From: a virus
Lineage: Duplodnaviria > Caudoviricetes
Virus record (IMG/VR): IMGVR_UViG_3300044609_000861
Span: 1-24,614 of that record
DNA: 24,614 bases
Strand: one strand, 5' to 3'
The position numbers and the translations under genes are program-made. Under the pieces are notes generated by a model. The model made no database searches, was not told the DNA's origin, and was given only the letters and a program-made list of their open reading frames with translations. This document shows positions 1 through 13,800 of this stretch, piece after piece; position 1 is the stretch's first letter, and each line of letters begins with the position of its first letter.

Positions 1-1
1 C

Positions 2-3000
2 TTGTGGATTTAGGGAAGAATATCCGGTAATTAATTGAAAATTGCCATTTTTGTTTAAAATCAATTTATCAATTCTTGGTACAAAATGAGAATATGAGAT
101 TACAGTAGATTCATTAGGTGATACAACTATTTGGATATTTGATTGTGAAGTTGAAAAATTTCTACTAGAAAAATCAAATGGTGAAGCAGACGATGATACA
201 AATTTAGACACTCTTGGTCTAAAATCTAAAGTATCGGAAGATCTAATGTTATTCTTTAATATTGGTACATCTTTTTTAAAATTATCTGAGTTGTAACTAT
301 TTGCAGTATATAAGTCTCCAGAATCAGATTCTGAAACATCAAAATAATTAAAAATAACTAATAATTTTTTGGCAGGAGAATTTGTTCCAAAATTTCTAAC
401 TATTTTAGAATAATCGTAATATTGATCTTTTTGTCCTTTATCTAATGTAAAATCATTTGTCCTGTTTATATAAACTCCAGAAATAACACTCAATACTGAA
501 GTTGATATTTTTGATTCTTCAAAATTTACTATATCATCATTTTGAAATTTATTCGAATTTAAATAAACAAATCGAACGTTAGTTCCCTGAATTTCTACAA
601 TTTGCCCACAAGCCTCACTGGATGATCCAAATATCTTTTCACCAATAATTGCTCCAGATATAGATTCAGATGGGAAAACTATTGTATCTAAAATTGGCGA
701 TTCTGAATTTGAAGATTCGTATATTGCTAAAATGTTAGAAACATCAGCAACATTCAAACATATTTCATCATCTTCAACTCTAGTGCCATAGTAAATACTA
801 GTTGTTAAACCACTAGTATTATTAGAAATTCCTAAAGATGTTTTACTAATTAATAATTTTTCACTTCTCTTATAAATTTTTGTTTTATTATTAATAAGAT
901 TTTTAGTAATTGTGCAAATTACAGCAACTCCAGATTGAGATGTTTTGAGACCAGAAAAGGTTATGGTAGATGCACTATTATCAAACTGTATTTTATCTGC
1001 TGTTATTTTTTCTATTGTTCCATCAGAATAAAATATGGAATATCTCCCTGCAGAAAATGGTTGGAAATATCCATTGGATATATTGAAATCAGAAGAAACG
1101 GATAATGAAAGTGTTCCTAAATTTGAAGTGGACTTTTCTGTTACTTGTTTTGTTACTGTTATAGATGATGACGATAAATTTACGGAAGAAATATTCTTAT
1201 TCGGCAAATTCATGAATAGACTTGATTTATCATTATTTTTAATTGTTGATTCGCCCAATAAAAATGCTGAAGAAACTGAAGAGGATGTTGGTATAGCACC
1301 ATCACAAACATTTGAAACTGTCGCAACCCCAATAACGTTCATACTTAAACCGTCTTCACTTACAGATATAACTTTATTATAAGTTTCTGTAAGAAATCCA
1401 GATCTTTGATATCTAATAATAGAATCAGTTTTTATTCCAACAAAACTTTTTCCTGGAGATATAACAGTACTTATACCAGATACTGATGTTTGAATAGTTA
1501 TGGTGTCTGAAGGACTAAAATTAGGAGCAAGATTTTTTTGCAAGAATACATCTGCCGAAAAATCTGTAGATAATCCAGATAAAGAAACGTCTGATGCTTT
1601 TTGATAGACTGATTTTATATCTTTTGGACCATAAACTTTAATACTTTCTATCCCTCGTATTAAATTTTTATTATTATTAAAAATAATTTGTTCGTTCTTT
1701 ATAAAAGAACCAGAAGTTTGATATAAAAATATTGTATTTCCATTATTTGGATTTTCTGCAACATAACCAGAAGCTCCACTATTTAAACCTTTTACAAAAG
1801 AAGATTTTACTACTTCATTAGTAACGTTTGAATTTACAGTAATAGTAGTATAAGTTTGAAAATCATAGACATATAAATTCCATCTACTAGACGCATCTGA
1901 ATATGACCCATCACTAATACCAAATGAATATGCCCTACATTTTCCTATAGTTGTTCCTGCACCCGAAATATTACTAGTTTTTCTATTATTGAAAAATTTT
2001 AATTCGTAATTATTATTTAAACCAATTGCCGGAGATCCGGAAACATTATTCAGAACTATCAAATTACCCATCTCAAATAAAACAGGTGAAACCGGAACAG
2101 TATTTACTACTCTTGTTTTTCTAGCATCTAATATTGTAGTAGATGATTTCTCTATATCATTTCCACCTACATATGCTTTACCTGAAGAAATTTTAACACA
2201 AAGTAATTCTTCATTTGGAGTATTATTTTGTTCTGTTTTTTGATTTGCTTTAAATATACCTTTTTGATCCACTAAATTATTTAAAGAATCTTCAACTGAA
2301 ACTGAGAATGGACTCAATGCAAAGTTTCCTGATTGCTCGTAAGTTCTTTTTGCTATAAAATCTTTTATTAGAGAATAATCAGTAGTTTCTTTTATTTTTT
2401 TAACAACTCCTCCAGTAATTCTTAATATTTCTATAAAATTAGTATCTTGATAATCTGTTAGTAACTGTTTTGTTAATTTAGTTTTTAATTTAAATCTATC
2501 TGCACCCGGTGCAGAATAATTTGTAAATCCTTTTGCATTATCATATAATGAAGAATCATCATATGCTGATAAAAATTCTTCTGATACTGATAGACCAATC
2601 CTATATGATGGAGTGTTACTATATTGATCTAATATAATAGTATCTTGGGAAACGGTGACAAATAAACCTCTTATAAAATAAATACCAGGAGAAATTGAAA
2701 CTGCAGACCCTGTAGCAGTTGAATTTGCATCTATTAATGATGCAACAGTATTTCCTGAAGTTATAGTTGTATTACCATACTTAACATTATCTAGTGTAGT
2801 TAAAGACTCACCATCAATAAAACTTATATTTTCATTGTTTGAATTTGAATTTAAATATTTTACATATAACGTAGTTACATTTTCGCTAGAATCATTTCTT
2901 GAAATGACATTTTGAACTATGGCAGTAACCTGAGAAATATCACCTATTAATCTCTTCCCTATTAATTCTTTATAGTAAAATTCTACATCTAAACCTAAAT

Positions 3001-3244
3001 GAATCGGACTTATCTTAACTGCATAATAATTTGGGTCATAAGAAACCTCTCCAGGAACAACAACAGATCCATCTTTAAAAATACTTTTCCCTAAAGATGA
3101 TATTTGTTCTTGTAATATAGATTGTAAAGTGGTTAGTTCTCTTGCCTGAACTGGATAACCAGGTTTAAATAAAACTTTATAAAAGTTTTTAGATGCATCA
3201 AAATCATCAAAATATGGTGATACGTTTAGGTTTGTTTTTGCCAT
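2..3244 (-). CDS. VrlC/DUF4815-like large virion structural protein (3'-partial, runs off window start)
   Basis: Not in the ORF track because no stop lies in the window. Hand translation from the ATG at 3244: MAKTNLNVSPYFDDFDASKNFYKVLFKPGYPVQARELTTLQSILQEQISSLGKSIFKDGSVVVPG. The PYFDDF / LFKPGYPVQARELT..QS motif is the typical N-terminus of this family, and the gene follows gp8 as in cyanomyoviruses. Only the N-terminal part was translated by hand. Confidence 0.85.
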   Translation of the reverse strand, partial: MAKTNLNVSPYFDDFDASKNFYKVLFKPGYPVQARELTTLQSILQEQISSLGKSIFKDGSVVVPGEVSYDPNYYAVKISPIHLGLDVEFYYKELIGKRLIGDISQVTAIVQNVISRNDSSENVTTLYVKYLNSNSNNENISFIDGESLTTLDNVKYGNTTITSGNTVASLIDANSTATGSAVSISPGIYFIRGLFVTVSQDTIILDQYSNTPSYRIGLSVSEEFLSAYDDSSLYDNAKGFTNYSAPGADRFKLKTKLTKQLLTDYQDTNFIEILRITGGVVKKIKETTDYSLIKDFIAKRTYEQSGNFALSPFSVSVEDSLNNLVDQKGIFKANQKTEQNNTPNEELLCVKISSGKAYVGGNDIEKSSTTILDARKTRVVNTVPVSPVLFEMGNLIVLNNVSGSPAIGLNNNYELKFFNNRKTSNISGAGTTIGKCRAYSFGISDGSYSDASSRWNLYVYDFQTYTTITVNSNVTNEVVKSSFVKGLNSGASGYVAENPNNGNTIFLYQTSGSFIKNEQIIFNNNKNLIRGIESIKVYGPKDIKSVYQKASDVSLSGLSTDFSADVFLQKNLAPNFSPSDTITIQTSVSGISTVISPGKSFVGIKTDSIIRYQRSGFLTETYNKVISVSEDGLSMNVIGVATVSNVCDGAIPTSSSVSSAFLLGESTIKNNDKSSLFMNLPNKNISSVNLSSSSITVTKQVTEKSTSNLGTLSLSVSSDFNISNGYFQPFSAGRYSIFYSDGTIEKITADKIQFDNSASTITFSGLKTSQSGVAVICTITKNLINNKTKIYKRSEKLLISKTSLGISNNTSGLTTSIYYGTRVEDDEICLNVADVSNILAIYESSNSESPILDTIVFPSESISGAIIGEKIFGSSSEACGQIVEIQGTNVRFVYLNSNKFQNDDIVNFEESKISTSVLSVISGVYINRTNDFTLDKGQKDQYYDYSKIVRNFGTNSPAKKLLVIFNYFDVSESDSGDLYTANSYNSDNFKKDVPILKNNIRSSDTLDFRPRVSKFVSSSASPFDFSSRNFSTSQSNIQIVVSPNESTVISYSHFVPRIDKLILNKNGNFQLITGYSSLNPQ

Positions 3245-3250
3245 TTTAAT

Positions 3251-4813
3251 TTAAAATTCCAGTACGATTTTAATGTCTTCTTTTTGTTTTGGATTACGAT
3301 TGACAATAGGTCTACTGTCAATATACAATACTTCACCAGATCTTCTATTTATTTCTGGTTGAGAAATACCATTAACAAATGATGAATTTAAATTAATTGA
3401 TGATGTATTGGATAAAACCAAAACAGATTCTTGAAATGTTGGATCAATTGCAGCACTAAATCCAGAAGAAGTAGTTATTAAACTTCCCGCAGTTGAAAAT
3501 CCTATTGGATTTCCTTGAGTAAAAACAGTTTTTGAATCTTTTTGATCATATGATAGATCATTATAATATAAAGATCTATCTATAAAATATTTTAATACTT
3601 TTGTTTCGCTGTCATATGATGCAATATATCCAACAGCAGTTCCAACTCCGGTTATTGATTGGAAAATCTTTGCTCCAGGGATTGCCAACTCTGGGGATGA
3701 AACTGTACTTGCGTTTAATTTTAATGAATATAAATTTGAAAAAGTGCTATTTGTATAAGTTGAAGTTGCAGATCCAGCAACTGTTGGGTTTTTAAGAATC
3801 CCTATTTGGGCAAATTTTATATCAGTTGGAAAATCTTTTGTAGAATCGTCAAATCTAGCATAAACTAAAACTCTTTCACAACCTAATTCTTTGTATATAT
3901 CAAAACCATGACCTCTAGATGGTGGAATTATTGGTATTAAATGTGCAAAAGATGTTGCACCTTGATTTATTGGTGATAAATCAACTCTACCGTAAGTATA
4001 ATTTTTTCCACCACTAGAAACTAAAACATCATTTATTTTACCACCCACAACGTCAACAATAACTTTAGCTCCTTGTCCATCACCTAATACATCTAAAGAC
4101 GCTGTTGATGCATTATATCCTGTTCCGGCATTTTCTATATAAACTTTTTTTATTTGATTATCGTTTATTAGTGAATCTCCACTAGTTCTAACTGCTTTAA
4201 TGTCTGGATCATTTGTAGTTTCCCAATCCGCTGGAACTGGTATATATTCAATAGAATCAAATTTAATAATATCACTTGGAGATACTGTAAAAAGGTACTT
4301 CCAAACATATCCATCTCCACTTTCCCCAGCTCTAGATGGTTCCAAATCTACAAAAGAGGGTTCATCTTGGGAAGGATTTCCCAATCTGTTGGTAGATTTA
4401 GATCCATTATCTATACACAAATACACTCTATAATCTTTATTAATTACATAGTAATTTGCATCATATAATCTATAAGAGTTTGTTTTTGGAGAAGGATTTT
4501 GAACAGAATAATCATGGCGATACATTTCATATATCGTATTCTTTTGCCACTCAACTTTCCTTATTAGTCTTCTTATATTATCTGAAGTTATTCTTTTGCC
4601 AAATAAGATAGTATCTTTGAAATGGTCCAAATAATTAAAACTATCTTCTGGAGTTGGAATAGAAGAGTCCCAAGAAGTTGTTCTACCAAATCCTACCTGA
4701 GTGGGATTTGGTAGACCTAAAACTACGTAATAAGAGTTACTCGAATCTCTGACAGAATCTAGAAAATTTTTTGAATTTAATACTCTAAATTGATCAGTAA
4801 CTATTGCCGCCAT
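3251..4813 (-). CDS. gp8: Baseplate wedge subunit, T4 gp8-like
   Basis: 520-aa ORF with MAAIVTDQFR N-terminus, YEMYRHDYS, YYVINKDYRVYLCIDNG, DGYVWKYLF and C-terminal SGEVLYIDSRP..R...QKEDIKIVLEF. Lies downstream of gp6/gp7 and has its own late promoter. Confidence 0.9.
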   Translation of the reverse strand: MAAIVTDQFRVLNSKNFLDSVRDSSNSYYVVLGLPNPTQVGFGRTTSWDSSIPTPEDSFNYLDHFKDTILFGKRITSDNIRRLIRKVEWQKNTIYEMYRHDYSVQNPSPKTNSYRLYDANYYVINKDYRVYLCIDNGSKSTNRLGNPSQDEPSFVDLEPSRAGESGDGYVWKYLFTVSPSDIIKFDSIEYIPVPADWETTNDPDIKAVRTSGDSLINDNQIKKVYIENAGTGYNASTASLDVLGDGQGAKVIVDVVGGKINDVLVSSGGKNYTYGRVDLSPINQGATSFAHLIPIIPPSRGHGFDIYKELGCERVLVYARFDDSTKDFPTDIKFAQIGILKNPTVAGSATSTYTNSTFSNLYSLKLNASTVSSPELAIPGAKIFQSITGVGTAVGYIASYDSETKVLKYFIDRSLYYNDLSYDQKDSKTVFTQGNPIGFSTAGSLITTSSGFSAAIDPTFQESVLVLSNTSSINLNSSFVNGISQPEINRRSGEVLYIDSRPIVNRNPKQKEDIKIVLEF

Positions 4814-4838
4814 TTATTACTTTATACCATTTTAACTA

Positions 4839-4846
4839 TATTTATA
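4839..4846 (-). promoter_or_regulatory. T4-type late promoter TATAAATA
   Basis: + strand TATTTATA in the 35-bp gp7-gp8 gap, 25 nt upstream of the gp8 ATG. Confidence 0.8.
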
Positions 4847-4848
4847 AA

Positions 4849-7800
4849 TCATTCAACAAATATTTTAACTAAACTACCAAGTTCTCTCAATCCATACCCA
4901 CGTCTTTGGATTGTTGGGTGCGTAGATAATCCAGTAGATGCAGTATATCCACTTAGACCTATAGAAATAGGGGAAGAAGATCTTTTTAAATTACTAAATC
5001 TACCCCAAGAAAACTTACCCCTTGGGACTAAACCAGATGTATTAATTCCAGAAATATTAGTTGTATTTGAAATATTGCATATTAACTCACCTCTTAAACT
5101 TAAATCAACGATACTATGAATTTCATATACATTATCACAATAAGTAGTGCCTACTGAAATAATACTAGAACCGTTAGAATTAATAGAAGTAACTCCATTT
5201 CCGACATAAGTGTCAAACACATGTATTGGATATCCAACTTTTAAAGTTTCAACTAATGAATTTTGATCATATGAAGTAAAGAATTTAATTGCAAGATTAG
5301 TTCCTATTCCAGGACATGTTGTAATTCCAGTAATTATTCCAGCAAATCCCTCAACAAATTGAATGTTATCTATCATTTCATGTTTATATGAAGGCATAGG
5401 TGCAATAATTTGCGGAGGATTTACTGAAGTATATCCATAACCAGAATTGACTATATCAAAAGGAGATGTAATTGTTCCAGCAGAAGAAACAGTTGCGTAT
5501 ATAATTGATTCTGTAGTAACTCCTGGCGTCGAATTCATTTTTAATAATATACTACTTCCAATTCCGATATAACCACTTCCACCGTTAACAATATTAATAG
5601 TAGAAATAGTAGATCCTGAAGAAACAGTAGCAGTTAATGCGGCAGAGACCTGAGTTATAGGATCTACAATTAAGGCATCAAATGAAGAAATATTTAAATC
5701 AAAGTTATTTTCTTCATAATTAAAAAATTGTGCATCATCTACAAATATTTCAGTGTCAGAAGAACTAAATGATTTTATTATTTTCGCAGTTGGAAAAACC
5801 ATAGGTTCTAAAGAATCTCTATCTTTATATTGAACAATTTCGTTTGTTATTACGTCAGTTTTTTGTGGAATTAAATTCATCGGTTTTGCATTTAATTCAT
5901 CGATTCCTTGCCCCAAATAAACTCCAGTTTCAAATGTATCAGAAGATGTAATATACGAAATTACTCTTTGATTTTGATCTAAAGATAAAGGTATTCCATT
6001 ATTTTTCTTAATTTGTACAGTGTCTCCTGGTTTAATTGTTGGATAAACTGTTATTTCTATACTATCAACATCTTTAGTTCCCCTATAGAAGAATATAGAA
6101 ATATTATCCTCTGGTTTAGGTGGTTCAAAAAACTTAAATGTGGTCCCTCCTTTATATTCATAAGAAATACCAGGTTCTTGCATAACGCCATTAATAAAAA
6201 TGAGTAATATTGTAGAAAAATCTATTATCGCAGAAGCTGGATCAGTTTTACTGCGTTCAAAACTTAATAATTTATTATCCCGTATTAATGGGAATCTTGT
6301 TCTTACATTATTTTGTAAAGATTTTATACTATCAACAAAATCAAATTCGCCAACTTGCCATGAAGCAAATGTATCAGATCTAACTTCAGTTACAGTAAAT
6401 ATAAGTTTTTCTAATGGTGATGAAAGACCTTGTGCTGTTGTTAATCCCGAAACCGTAAATATATCACCCAATTCAAAATTATAACCAGGTTTAGTGATAA
6501 TAAAATCACTAACATATGAAGATGTTGAACCAATACCAGTTGTTTTTTCCGATGGTGAAACTTCTATTGTTATAGAAAGACCTATTCCAGTTGCTGTAGT
6601 ATTTCCTATAGAAGGTCTATATATTCCTTCTATTTTTAAGTTTTGGTAAGAAGGATCTGAAATTGATACTTGTGGATTTGCATATCCAGAACCACCACTT
6701 ATAATATTAAACTGTGTTATTGAACCACCCGATCCAACACTAGCAGTAATAGACGCAGCAGATCCGGCATGTGAGGTATCAGTAATTGCTACAGAAACTG
6801 TATTGTAATATCCAGAACCTCTAAATTCGTCTCCAAAATCAAATCCAAAAGAAGTTGTTAATGCCGAGGTATTGGTTGTTAGTTTTGATAAAGTTATAGA
6901 ATTGATGCCTATATTGGATACTAAAGTATCGAATTGTAAAATATCAGTTTGGTTTGGTACTTTCAAATTTACATATTGTGGAACAAATTTTATTTCATCG
7001 ATATATTTGTTCAAAATATTCATAACTTTTTGATTAACTTTAATACTATCGGTATTAATTCCTGTAATTATATTTGTAGTAACTCCAATATTTCCAGTTG
7101 CCGCTAATCCAACTATTATTGAGGTTGTAAAACCAATATGACTAATAGATCCACTTGTACCAACTCTAACATCTAGAACTTCAGAAGGAACACCAATTAA
7201 TGGAGCATAACCATAACCACCAGTAAAAGCTAATGAAACTAATACACCACCTCTAGGCAAATCATTTTGATTTACGTCATAATCAACAGTAAATGTTTCT
7301 GAAGTATTTGGTAGCGTTATCCCTTTAAATCTTATACTAGAAATTCCATTATTTGTTAATGTTTCATAATTGTTTCCAGTATTTGTTTGTGTATCTGGTA
7401 CTTGGAAAATATCATTAATAAGAAGAAGATTATTTCCTGCTTGAGCATCAGAAACAACTTTGTCATTTTCATATAATGTAAATGTTCTACCGATACCTGT
7501 AAATTGTAAAGATATATCATCATAAATTCTATTAATTGAATAATCTTTTTTCAAATAAACTCTTCCATTGAAAGTTGATTTTGGCAATGGGAGGTAATTA
7601 TCTGCAAATAAAGCGTTATTTCCTTTTCCATCTGGAGCTTCAGAGAACCATATTTTATTGCCAATAATATTATAGGCACCTCTATATATTCTTACAGATG
7701 ATCCATCCAAGTGAGTGCTTCCAATTGATCCTAAAGATCCCCTATTAACATTACATAATTGGAAAGTTCCAATTCCACTAATTGGACCTGATGGAGTTGT

Positions 7801-10800
7801 TCCAACACCAACACTAATTACAGTCATATATTCAGTATTAACTTTAAGAATATCAATTGGTTGAATTGATGATATTCCACTTAAAGAAATAAATGATGTT
7901 CCTGCACTAACCAAACCGTTAAAATTTCCACTTAAAGTTTTTGTTAATGGTGTATAAGTTAATGGAGATTGCATGACTCCATTAACAGTTAACACAGTTT
8001 TTTCAAGTTTCTTTTTCATTTCTAATCTATGAACATTACCAGAACCATAATTGGTAAATGTAAATCCTATTCCATTTTTAGTTCCAGTTATAGTGAAATT
8101 ATTTTCTCCTATTTTTCTTGCATAAACTGTAGATGGGCAAATATCAGTTACAATACCAACTTGATATGTTTGTCTAAAAGTAGTACCAGTGGAAACATTA
8201 TTCAAGGTAACCGAATAATTTAAGTTATTGGAATAATAAACTATATTATTCGAGGATGGAATAACTTGTGAAGATGTTATAGAATTAATTCCTATAGAAA
8301 CTATTGATCCATATTGTGTATTATTTCCAGAGAATATTCCCGAACCAATTGCCAATACTGCTGTATTTGCAATTCCAGTAATAACAGTAGAACCAGAAGA
8401 AACACTACCTACAAAATAAGTATAAGTTTTTCCAATACTAGTTACAGATGTATTGTCTGGAATATTGGGTCCATAAAACACATTAGAACCTGTGGATATT
8501 AAACCTTCAGATGAAGCTATTCCAGTTACAGTTTTAAATCCAACGATAGAGTCTCCTACAAAATATGTTCCACCAACAACAGTAGTTCCTATTCCAATTG
8601 CACTTGCAGCAACACCAATTAAAGTAGATCCTGAAGTATAAATTAATTCCTCATTATCTTCAAAAAAGTGATTAGTTATAGTAAATATTCCAGTATTTGT
8701 ATCAAGTTGTTTAATATTTTTTGGATTGAATGTTTTTTCAAATATGGGAGTTCTATTCCAATTTAAATCAAAATCTAATCTATCTTTTCCAAAATTATTA
8801 ATTGATCCATATTTGTTGACATATAATCTTTCTCTTGAAGGACCATATGATAAAATATCAGGAATATTAAATTCGTCATTTTCGGCATAAAGAAATTGGT
8901 CAATTGATTGAACTAATAATTCTGTAGAAGTAAAGTTAGATTCTGGATAGAAAATTAACTTAACTAATGATCCATCATTACTGGTAGAAAATGTTCCCAA
9001 TCCTGAAGAAGTTCCTACAGTAATAAATGGATCACTTTGCAATTTAGTATTTACTTGATCACTAACTATTAAAGTTTGATAAACTGAAACGGTAGAACCG
9101 ACTGAAATTCTTATCAAAGATTTTAATACAGATTCTACGGAACTATCAAAAGTTTTAATCGTAGTTATTCCAGTAATATTCAAATAGTCACTTTCAATTT
9201 TTGAAGTTTTTTCTGATCCTGGTATTTGATCTTCAACCAAAAATCTATGTATTCCTTCACCAAGTTGAGTATTTCCGATTGCAACTGTTTTTGTTTTTAT
9301 TGCAAGATTACTAGATGTATTATTGGTAAAATTCAAACTCAAAACACCTGAATTTTCCGTTAAAGCAAAAGTTCCAATATAACCAGCAGAAAAACCACCC
9401 AAATATTGACTAGAATCAAAATAAAATTCTGCTATATGAGTATTTGTTCCATCATAAGTTCCAACAACCTCATAATAATTTAATGAGTAGTCATCAAGAT
9501 TTACTATTAAAGAAGATGAGTGTATTGTATGATAATCACTAGATAATGCTCTAAAAACCGATGTAGTAAATCCAGATTGATTTTTTACCGTTCTTGCTTC
9601 ACTAAACAATCTAAGAAATCCATAATCAGTAATTCCAAATCCAGTAACATTAGGTAAAGTGAAATATTCTCTATAAATTTTTAAATTATAACTAGTATTA
9701 TAAGGATCTGTGGGTGTAAATTTTAAAGTAGGATCTCCTACATTATTTAATTCTCCCTGAAAATATCCAAGATTGAAATTGGTATAAAGATCAGATTTAT
9801 TTAAAGTATATGTATTTTTAAAGTCATTTAAAACAACTAAATCTGAAACTTGAAAAGACCTTTCATCTAATTCATTTTGTGGTATGTTTGAAACTTGAAC
9901 TAAAAATTTAGAATAAAATCCAGCAATATCATAATTAATAGTTTCTAAAAATTCATCTTTATTAAATTCTGAGCTAGAAAAACTATTACTAATGTCATCT
10001 ATTTGCAAAACTCTGTTTGATCTACATTCTATATAATTACTTAATTTTTTATTCAATAAACGAATATTAGAAGATGATCCTGCAAGAGGTTCATAATCAA
10101 ATACTAAATCGTAATTTTTAATTATATCAACTCTTTCGCTATTATCTAAATTTAAAACAGTTGATAAAGATGATGTTCCACCAATAGATGTTTTTGAAGA
10201 AGAACTAAATCCAATTTCTCCAAAATTTTTAGTTCCTATAGGGTGAACAAGTTTATTGAGAGATTCTGCAAATTTATCATATTCTATAGTACTTTTAATT
10301 GAATATGATAAATTTTGGTAATAATCATTATCCGGTAATGCTTGTGTCTCAAAATTTAATTTTCCAGTATCATTAACCCACCCAATATTTGCTCTACCAA
10401 AAGAAGAATAATTAAATCTTGCAGAATAATCAAAAACGTCAGAAATTACTGCTTTTGACCCAGAAGCAGTTCCTTTTATCGTATCAAATCGTTTAATTTT
10501 ATCTGTTGTATTGGAAACATTAATAGAATTAAATAATAAACTTTTAATTTGAATATCTGTTGGTACATCATTAACATATAATTCCTCACCGTCAACAAAA
10601 TTACTTTTATTTTGAATTATTTCAAATATCGGATAATTCTTTTCATTTATAGCAGAACTATATGTAGTTTGACTTATAACTGGTACTCCCGGATTAAGAG
10701 TATATGGGGATATTTCATATTTTAAAACAGCACTTCCTGGATCATTGATAAATTCAACAACTTTAAAGAAGTTATATCCATGATCAGCAGAATTAAATCC

Positions 10801-13800
10801 ATCTCCAGGAAAAGTAATATTTCCAAATTCATCTTCAGAAGGACCTTTCTGAACACCTTCAATAAAAACATAATCTCCAGGGACAAATGGTGGAGTAGTA
10901 AATCCAAAAATAGGTGGAGTTCGAACATTCGCATGTACAACACCATTTACTGTAGTAGTTACACCAGTAATAGTGACTCCATTACTATTATTAATAGTAT
11001 ACAATCTATGGAGAGACGAAGATAAACCTTTTGGTCTTGAAATTATCTTAACAAATCCAACAGAACTTCCATTTAATCCAAGTTCAATTATACCTGGACT
11101 AACAGTTTTTCTAGATAATGTATCAACTAAAACAAAATTTGGAGTTGATATATAATTTTTACCACCATCAACAACATTAATTTCAGTTATTTCTTCATTG
11201 TTAGTTAATAATAGTAATCTATTTAAATTTGCTGCCGGTCTCAAAGTGTTATCTGATGGATAATCAAATCCATCATTTAAAATTTCAATTGATCTAAATT
11301 TTCCTATTGATTTAGATTCTATAGAAATTAATGCATTATTTCCAGGAATTCTTTTAGAATATGAAGTATTAATTCCCAATATTCTTGGAATTTGTGTGTA
11401 ACCAGATCCACCATTGAGAATTTTTACCGAATGAATTGGACCGGTTGTATTTTTGGAATTTGTGTAATATCTTATCTTTACATTATCCCCACCAGAATAT
11501 TGTAAAACTTCTGGTATTTGATCTAAACTAATATAAAAACTTGTACTTGCAGACCCTGAAACAAAATATGTTGACTTATTATAACGGCTATCGGCAAATA
11601 TTATTTGATAATCAAATTTATTTGTATTTTTAAAAATTGAATATGAATTTTTAGTTAAAGTATAATATAGAGAAGAAATGGAGTTATCGTAATAAATTCT
11701 TGCAGATCCATCAGTTCCTGGAGTTCCAGTTTTTTGAAAATTAAATTGTGAGGTTGATCCAGTAGAAACAAAACTTTTATTAAATCCTTTATCATAAAAA
11801 ATATCAAAATCATATCCATTTAACGATGAATCTGATAAATCAAATAATAAATTATTATTTTTTATTGCTATTATTTGAGGATTAATTGGGTATATTGATT
11901 GACCATTTCCACCAATATTTTGGATATTTATTTCTTCTGGAGGAAAAGATATTGATTCTGAATAAGATTCGCATAATTTTATTGTATTACTATCAATTTT
12001 ATTCACAAAGTAAATTCCTGTCGAAATTCCATTGCTGACATAATTTTCAGTGTCATAAAAAACTTTTTGACCAGTATAAAAATTATGTGATGATAAAGAA
12101 ATAGTATTTTTTGAAACATTTATTGAAGAAGAATTAAAAGTTGTAGCATCAGTCAATAAAATGTGAAAATCAGAATTGTATTTTATTTTTACTGGTAATG
12201 ATGTAGTTATTCCGCCTGAATTTAAATTTGGAACAACTTCAAGATTAATAGTATCTCCATTTTGTAATTTATGTGGATTATCTGTAATAATTTGACACCT
12301 TATTTTAGTAGATTTTCCCGATACTACTTTGTTTTGATTTTGAATTTTTTCTAATTTATAGTCGTATTGATTTGAACCATTTGATATAAAATATAGTCCT
12401 GAACTAGTTGTAGTTAAACCAACTTGAGTTACAATTCCAATAAAATCTTTTGATTTTTTAATTACGTATAATTGTTGCTCTTCATTTACTTCAGGTGGAA
12501 TAGCAAACTGAGTTGAACTTGAAGAATTGGCAACATTAATAGAAGCACTTCCTACTATAGGACTAACTGATAATGAAATTAAATCATTTGTTTCAAATGG
12601 ATGATCTGGTAAATAGATGCTTCTTGTTGGTATAGAAACTTGTCTAGCAAAAGATCCATAGTATTGAGTAACTAAAGTTTCTTTTCCATCCTCAGTTCCA
12701 ATTCCAATTGAAAGTTGTGGGTTAAAATAGGATATAGATTTATTTTCAGAAACAAAATTTTTGGTATTTAAATTTATTTTAAATTTACAAGGTATTTCTG
12801 TTACAATTGATGATGCAGTATGGGATATTCCAATTCTATTGCGTTTACATCTTAAAAGATTATTTTCAAATATATTTAAAATAGAAAATGTTTCAGTTCC
12901 TATACTAATGCTACTACCAACACTAACATTTGGTAGTGGTTTATCTAGATAAATGTCAGTAACAACACCGACAGCATTTGCAGAATTTAAATCATTAAGT
13001 AAAGTAGAAGAAGAAATATCAACTTGTATTTTATGATTACCGTTTAACCCCTTTATAGAAGAAGTGCTTAATCCGCTAATTTGTATATTATCGCCATCTG
13101 AAAAATTGTGATTTGGTAAAATAGTTACTAATACAGAATTAGAATTGTCCCAAGTGAACACAGCATTTTCATATTGTGAATATGTTGTGTTTATCTGATC
13201 AATATTTACCCCATTATAAATGTTAGAAATTATTGCAGAAGCTCCTGATCCATCGGTATTTGAATTATCAAATATTAAATCATCACCAACACTATATCCT
13301 TCACCAGAAACTTGAACTACTAGATTTTCTACAGATCCAGATTCAACTGATTTTATTTCACATTTTTGCTTTAATCCATAATTTTTTGGTAAGAAATAAT
13401 TATTAGAGTGTTCACGGTTTACTCTGTATGGAAAAGTATTTCTTAATAATTTTTTATCATCTAAATCTTCATTTTGATCTAATATAAAGTTTTGATTTGG
13501 CCTAGATCTATAAGAATTGCCAATAAAATAAGGGAAATTTGGAACTATGAGTGTTTGTGCAGATGTACTAACGTCTAATTTTGTGCTAGCAAAATATGCG
13601 TATGTTCCATTTGGGAATTCGGGTGTTTTTGTAAACCTACCATTATGTTCATCCAAATCACCAGAATCTGTAAATACATAATCTTCTACAAAAAATCCAG
13701 AAGGTAATGTATCTAAAGAAGGTCTGTTTTTAATTTTGGAAGGATCTAGATTATATCCTGTATTTAATCTAATTATTTTTGAAGAAAAACTAAAAGGATC